From Ophelia neglecta (taxonomy: Eukaryota): a stretch of 64,000 nt of DNA. Below are positions 61,601 to 64,000 of this stretch, in pieces. The position numbers and the translations under genes are program-made. The stretch is from the NCBI GenBank assembly GCA_965285935.1, contig OZ260663.1, positions 84,382,001 through 84,446,000 of the forward strand, in the 5' to 3' direction. The notes under the pieces are model-generated. The model was not told the origin of the DNA and did no database searches. It saw nothing but the letters and a program-made list of their open reading frames with translations. Positions within the stretch are counted from its first letter, which is position 1; each line of letters begins with the position of its first letter.

Positions 61601-63826
61601 GGCAGAAATGACATCCAAAGGAAGACCATTATCCTTGTACATCGACGAGGATGAGGAATTCCCCAGTAAGGGTCAAATGAGCCTACAGGAAGCAGCCAAA
61701 CAAGGACTAATAACTGTGGAAGGAACTATCACAGATCCTCGGACAGGGCAACAATTGTCACTGCTAGACGCTGTAAGGAGAGGCATTATTGATGCCCAAT
61801 CAACAAGTGTAAAAAGCCCTGACTCGGAGAAACAAATTACTCTAGAAGATGCAATCAGGCAAGGGGCTATTGACCCGATTAATGGTTCATTGCTGGACTC
61901 CAAAACAGGAAAAACTACGAGTATAGGTGCTGCTGTAGCCAGTGGACAAATCAAAGAGCACCTAAAAGGCATCAGTTTCCAGGAAGCCATTGACAGAAAG
62001 ATATTTGATCCCAAGACTGGGCAAGTGAAGAATCCTAATACTGGCGATGTGGTATCATTAGAAGAAGCAATTAATCAGAATCTCATTGATGCTTCAAAGT
62101 CTCTCATAAGGGAACCAGACAGTGGTAAAATTCATACCTTGGACGATGCTATATTCTCTGGTGTATTTAATGTTAAAACCGGCCAGGTTAAAGATTCCGA
62201 AACAAACACCACCATTTCAACAACAGACGCACTTGGCAAGGATCTCATAGTAGAAGCGAGCAAACCTGGTTTAAGTTTAAAGGAAGTCACTGAAGGTGAT
62301 TTGTTTGATGCCAATACTGGAAAAATCATAGAACCAGCCACTGGGCAGAAAATATCAATGCATGAAGCTATAAGAGTTGGAATTCTAAACCCTGCAAAGA
62401 CATTTGTGACTGACCCATCGACTGGGGAAAATATGACCCTAGAAGATGCAATAAAGAAGGGAATAATAGACCCCAAATCTGGAACAATGAAAGACAGCAA
62501 AACAGGAAAATCAGTGCCAATAGCGAAGGCAATTGAAAAGGGCTTTGTTATGGAGCCTGACAACAAACCACAAATGAGGATGCAGCAAGCGATTAAGAAA
62601 GGACTTTTTAACGAAGACACCGGAAAGATTCAAGATCCAACAACCGGTGTAATCATGTCAGTGAAAGGCGCTATTGATGCTGGAATTATAGACAAGTCTT
62701 CCATCAAAGTTAAACATCCTGAAACGTCCAAGTTACTGAACTTTGACGAGGCTGTGGACCAAGGTGTCCTTGACCCAGCTACAGGAGATGTCATCAGTCC
62801 AGAAGGTGAAACTCTGACATTGAAAGAAGCAATTCAGTCAGGGCTGGCTCTGACAACCCGCGGTGATCAGGGACTAAGTCTTCAGGAGGCTGTCCAGCAG
62901 GGATTATATAGCCCGGATACAGGCAAGATTACCCACCCAACCACAGGAGAGGAAATGACTGTGCAGGAGGCATTGGAAACAGGACTGATAAGCTCTGAAA
63001 AAAGTAAAATGAGAGATGTGCACAGTGGTAGTGTCATAAGTATTGATGAAGCTATAAACAGTGGCCTCTTAGATGTGGAAAATGGAGCTGTCGAGGATCC
63101 TTTCTCTGGTAAATCCCTGAGTCTCGGGGAAGCCATGGTAAAAAACCTACTGGTAGAAGTAAAGGAGCCAGGTATGAGTGTTGCTGAGGCCATCGAGAAA
63201 GGACAGTTTGACCCCAACAGTGGAACCATCACTGATCCAAACACTGGGAGAGAACTATCATTGGGTGAAGCCATTGATGCAGATCTAATTGACCCAGAAA
63301 AGACCCAGATATTGGACCCTGCTTCTGGCCAAGAGATGACCCTAGATAGAGCCATAGATGCTGGCCTTGTGGATGAGAAGTCAGGAATGGTGCTTGATCC
63401 AGAGTCAGGTAGACAAATTAACTTTGAACAAGCCCTAGAAACTGGACTTGTGACTGACTCTATAGTACCACCAATGTTAAGTCTACAGGAAGCAGTGGAC
63501 CAGGGTTTGATTGACCCCAAAACAGGCACTGTCACCAATCCCATCACAGGTAGGATTTTGCCTTTGTTTGTTCAAATATTGAAACATAGTGATAGATAAA
63601 GAATAAGGTTGTTTTTGATTTTCATCTATTTATTATTGCAATTTTATTTATCTCTCTGCAATTGCATATTATCCAAATAAATAATGTAATGAATCCAAAT
63701 CAAATTATGTTTTAGGTGAAAAATTACCATTTGATGAAGCAGTGAACAGCGGGGTAATCGACCCAGAGAAAAGTAAAATCACTTTCCCGAGTACTGGCAA
63801 GACTATGTCAATGACAGATGCAATAG
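4378..63826 (+). CDS. MACF1/DST: Spectraplakin (MACF1/dystonin/Short stop family), multi-exon, 3'-incomplete; CH2 + plakin domain + very long plectin-repeat region
   Basis: 27 exons with GT-AG boundaries and mutually consistent phases. The CH2 motif ([11 protein letters not shown]...[22 protein letters not shown]...[26 protein letters not shown]), plakin motifs ([42 protein letters not shown]), the plakin SH3 ([13 protein letters not shown]) and many DP.TG..lsl.eAi..Gli plectin repeats are all recognisable. Confidence 0.95.
9679..9960. repeat. 14/18-bp minisatellite (CCCTGCTAGCTTGG and variants)
   Basis: Directly visible tandem array; 18-bp units grade into 14-bp CCC units and then CCA units. 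Confidence 0.95.
9958..10473. repeat. Perfect inverted repeat: arms 9958-10176 and 10255-10473 (219 bp), 78-bp minisatellite spacer
   Basis: The arms read as exact reverse complements, including the (CAT)n/(ATG)n tract. Confidence 0.95.
13411..13577 (+). CDS. MACF1/DST: Exon: CH2 domain part 1 ([25 protein letters not shown]...ILHRHR)
   Basis: tttcag| acceptor, AG|gtagca donor, phase 0-2; not in the ORF track. Confidence 0.95.
14043..14420. repeat. Degenerate ~21-bp minisatellite (GGGGTTCACTGTCAAACCCT-like)
   Basis: Recurring ggttc.ctgtca motif; explains the overlapping ORFs here. Confidence 0.8.
14591..14640. repeat. 10-bp tandem repeat (GTCCAATAAC)x5
   Basis: Directly visible. Confidence 0.95.
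15644..15759 (+). CDS. MACF1/DST: Exon: CH2 part 2 ([38 protein letters not shown])
   Basis: ttccag| acceptor, G|gtaaag donor, phase 2-1. Confidence 0.95.
16505..16682. mobile_element. MITE, Tc1/mariner-type, 178 bp
   Basis: TA|CAGTGGTCCCTG...CAGGGGCCACTG|TA: 11/12-bp TIR, TA target-site duplication. Confidence 0.75.
18366..18543. mobile_element. MITE, Tc1/mariner-type, 178 bp
   Basis: TA|CAGTGAAACCTGG...CCAGGTTTCACTG|TA: perfect 13-bp TIR, TA target-site duplication. Confidence 0.8.
20167..20273 (+). CDS. MACF1/DST: Exon: end of CH2 ([24 protein letters not shown]...RDN)
   Basis: ttacag| acceptor, |gtaagt donor, phase 1-0. Confidence 0.95.
21616..21735 (+). CDS. MACF1/DST: Exon: start of plakin domain ([22 protein letters not shown]...[10 protein letters not shown])
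   Basis: tttcag| acceptor, AAG|gtaggc donor, phase 0-0. Confidence 0.93.
21743..21897. repeat. 11-bp tandem repeat (ACTGAGCAGTS) followed by (AATAACAAAC)n, directly after a splice donor
   Basis: Directly visible. Confidence 0.9.
22160..22255 (+). CDS. MACF1/DST: Exon: plakin domain ([32 protein letters not shown])
   Basis: ttccag| acceptor, AAG|gtagga donor, phase 0-0. Confidence 0.93.
22635..22855. repeat. Degenerate ~32-bp minisatellite (TGTCAACAGTTAAAATAACAGTTTCATAATAT-like)
   Basis: Recurring aaaataacagtttcataa. Confidence 0.8.
24589..24714 (+). CDS. Candidate internal alternative first exon encoding a 42-aa transmembrane leader ([42 protein letters not shown])
   Basis: Strong Kozak context (AAGATGG), upstream in-frame TAG, 126 nt, donor CAG|GTTGGT in phase 0 matching the exon at 26001. 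Confidence 0.55.
26001..26131 (+). CDS. MACF1/DST: Exon: plakin domain ([27 protein letters not shown]...)
   Basis: tcccag| acceptor, AG|gtcagt donor, phase 0-2. Confidence 0.93.
26815..26908 (+). CDS. MACF1/DST: Exon: plakin domain ([32 protein letters not shown])
   Basis: ttatag| acceptor, GAG|gtaaca donor, phase 2-0. Confidence 0.93.
27255..27418 (+). CDS. MACF1/DST: Exon: plakin domain ([14 protein letters not shown]...[20 protein letters not shown])
   Basis: tcccag| acceptor, AG|gtaggc donor, phase 0-2. Confidence 0.93.
27884..28050. repeat. 31-bp minisatellite (GATTTAGTTTCAGTCTATGAGAAAAGTGGTT), about 5.5 copies
   Basis: Directly visible. Confidence 0.95.
29349..29553 (+). CDS. MACF1/DST: Exon: plakin domain (VYRLQQRW...FEWIQNKQ)
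   Basis: tttcag| acceptor, CAG|gttagt donor, phase 2-0. Confidence 0.92.
30631..30837 (+). CDS. MACF1/DST: Exon: plakin domain ([14 protein letters not shown]...ELAYSQLA)
   Basis: atacag| acceptor, |gtgagt donor, phase 0-0. Confidence 0.92.
31818..31979 (+). CDS. MACF1/DST: Exon: plakin domain ([13 protein letters not shown]...[19 protein letters not shown]...EEYYE)
   Basis: tttcag| acceptor, GAG|gtgaga donor, phase 0-0; hallmark plakin motif. Confidence 0.95.
33540..34190. repeat. 73-bp minisatellite, about 9 copies
   Basis: Unit starts at 33540, 33613, 33686 and onward; near-identical copies. Confidence 0.95.
35134..35334 (+). CDS. MACF1/DST: Exon: plakin domain ([10 protein letters not shown]...[24 protein letters not shown]...YYQ)
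   Basis: gcacag| acceptor, CAG|gtcagt donor, phase 0-0. Confidence 0.95.
35769..35891 (+). CDS. MACF1/DST: Exon: plakin domain ([15 protein letters not shown]...LLREIS)
   Basis: ctacag| acceptor, |gtaagt donor, phase 0-0. Confidence 0.92.
35864..36120 (+). repeat. Degenerate ~45-54-bp tandem repeat spanning an exon end and its donor, about 5 copies
   Basis: Recurring gggagagaaactactcaggg...gtaagttac...tactactctcatca. Confidence 0.8.
36409..36555 (+). CDS. MACF1/DST: Exon: lead into SH3 (EMCDRLGEY...VPLKQRN...ALCSYKQLN)
   Basis: tttcag| acceptor, |gttagt donor, phase 0-0. Confidence 0.93.
36856..37010 (+). CDS. MACF1/DST: Exon: plakin SH3 domain ([22 protein letters not shown]...[15 protein letters not shown])
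   Basis: tttcag| acceptor, |gtgagt donor, phase 0-2. Confidence 0.95.
37341..37593 (+). CDS. MACF1/DST: Exon: plakin domain ([12 protein letters not shown]...IKSWD...MNKCNQ)
   Basis: ctgtag| acceptor, CAG|gtaaat donor, phase 2-0. Confidence 0.93.
37974..38162 (+). CDS. MACF1/DST: Exon: plakin domain ([12 protein letters not shown]...RTRNTHK)
   Basis: atgtag| acceptor, AAG|gtaaaa donor, phase 0-0. Confidence 0.9.
38151..38400 (+). repeat. 35-bp tandem repeat plus re-copied donor (CAAG|GTAAAACAC) downstream of an exon
   Basis: aaacatacttaaacaagacctcagatactactctc about x3; donor copies with GT at 38316 and 38359. Confidence 0.8.
38878..39044 (+). CDS. MACF1/DST: Exon: plakin domain ([10 protein letters not shown]...[15 protein letters not shown])
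   Basis: tttcag| acceptor, AG|gtaggt donor, phase 0-2. Confidence 0.92.
39226..39558 (+). CDS. MACF1/DST: Exon: plakin domain (LKSVDILV...[27 protein letters not shown])
   Basis: tttcag| acceptor, AG|gtaggc donor, phase 2-2. Confidence 0.92.
39533..39765 (+). repeat. 32-bp minisatellite (CATCTTAACATACAAGTCAATGACAGGTAGGC)x7 containing the exon end and donor
   Basis: GT at 39559, 39591, 39623, 39655, 39687, 39719 and 39751. Confidence 0.95.
39933..42164 (+). mobile_element. Non-autonomous Helentron/Helitron-type element (HINE/DINE-1-like) with internal ~452-bp tandem repeats
   Basis: T-run then 5' subTIR ATGCCTCCGCC (39939-39949) with a nearby inverted partner, (GTCC/GACC)n microsatellite 39983-40031, about 4 copies of a ~452-bp unit, 3' subTIR GGCGGAGGCAT (42083-42093), GC stem-loop 42098-42117, end CTAGTTT. 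Confidence 0.85.
42265..42508 (+). CDS. MACF1/DST: Exon: plakin domain ([11 protein letters not shown]...GGKFIKETR)
   Basis: tttcag| acceptor, AGG|gtaagt donor, phase 2-0. Confidence 0.92.
43883..44104 (+). CDS. MACF1/DST: Exon: end of plakin domain ([10 protein letters not shown]...LNRQYMELL...GFYFP)
   Basis: tttcag| acceptor, |gtaagt donor, phase 0-0. Confidence 0.92.
44245..55476 (+). CDS. MACF1/DST: Giant exon 1 (11,232 nt, 3,744 codons): plectin/plakin-repeat array with linkers
   Basis: Lies within ORF 44230-55485; tttcag| acceptor, AAG|gtgaga donor, phase 0-0; dozens of DP.TG..lsl.eAi..Gli repeats. Confidence 0.95.
55690..55878 (+). CDS. MACF1/DST: Linker exon ([15 protein letters not shown]...IETEVTE)
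   Basis: atttag| acceptor, open acidic frame, GAG|gtgtgt donor, phase 0-0; an alternative donor after 55869 is possible. Confidence 0.8.
56044..56341 (+). CDS. MACF1/DST: Linker exon ([11 protein letters not shown]...[13 protein letters not shown]...GYSYH), R/D/P-rich
   Basis: taatag| acceptor, open frame; A|gtcagt gives the phase 1 needed by the next exon (3' end less certain). Confidence 0.75.
56515..63549 (+). CDS. MACF1/DST: Giant exon 2 (7,035 nt): Ser-rich linker followed by a dense plectin-repeat array
   Basis: Lies within ORF 56400-63599; tttacag| acceptor, G|gtagga donor, phase 1-1. Confidence 0.95.
63716..63826 (+). CDS. MACF1/DST: Exon: about one plectin repeat ([37 protein letters not shown])
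   Basis: ttttag| acceptor, G|gtaggc donor, 111 nt, phase 1-1; continues the repeat register. Confidence 0.9.
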
Positions 63827-64000
63827 GTAGGCTCTTTTATTTTGGTTTAGGCCTGTTTAGCAGCGTTTGAGTCGGGAGGGGGATACATAGCTTTGATAAC
63901 CCATGTGAATTTATTGGGATAAAATTACTTCAAAAGTAGTTGTTGGTTCCGTGTGTATTTGCACATCCACAGACATTATTCAGTCCAATTTTCAACCTTG

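Noticed and set aside
44241-63547. Many minus-strand ORFs (60-232 aa) over the giant exons
   Set aside because: They are antisense shadows of a long repetitive coding frame, with no independent domain or splice signals.

Overview
Eukaryotic (animal) genomic DNA, probably from an invertebrate. A lophotrochozoan origin is my inference from sequence style and repeat types. Nearly the whole window is the 5'/central part of one + strand spectraplakin gene (MACF1/dystonin/Shot/VAB-10 family). By hand I can join 27 GT-AG exons with consistent phases from 4378 to 63826 (22,789 nt, about 7,596 codons). The order is a unique N-terminus, the CH2 half of the actin-binding domain, the plakin domain (spectrin repeats plus SH3), then two giant plectin-repeat exons (11,232 nt and 7,035 nt) separated by two small linker exons. 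The gene continues past the right edge, and I found no CH1 exons in the window. The most interesting signals are two candidate alternative first exons with predicted membrane-targeting N-termini: a di-Cys/polybasic leader at 4378, and a 42-codon transmembrane leader at 24589 that the ORF track misses. Other signals are three hydrophobic 'GAP' segments inside the plectin-repeat array, recurrent tandem duplications that copy 5' splice donors, and a perfect 219-bp-arm inverted repeat. There is also a Helentron-type non-autonomous element with internal ~452-bp tandem repeats and two 178-bp TA-flanked MITEs. I found no prokaryotic features, CRISPR array, rRNA or tRNA.
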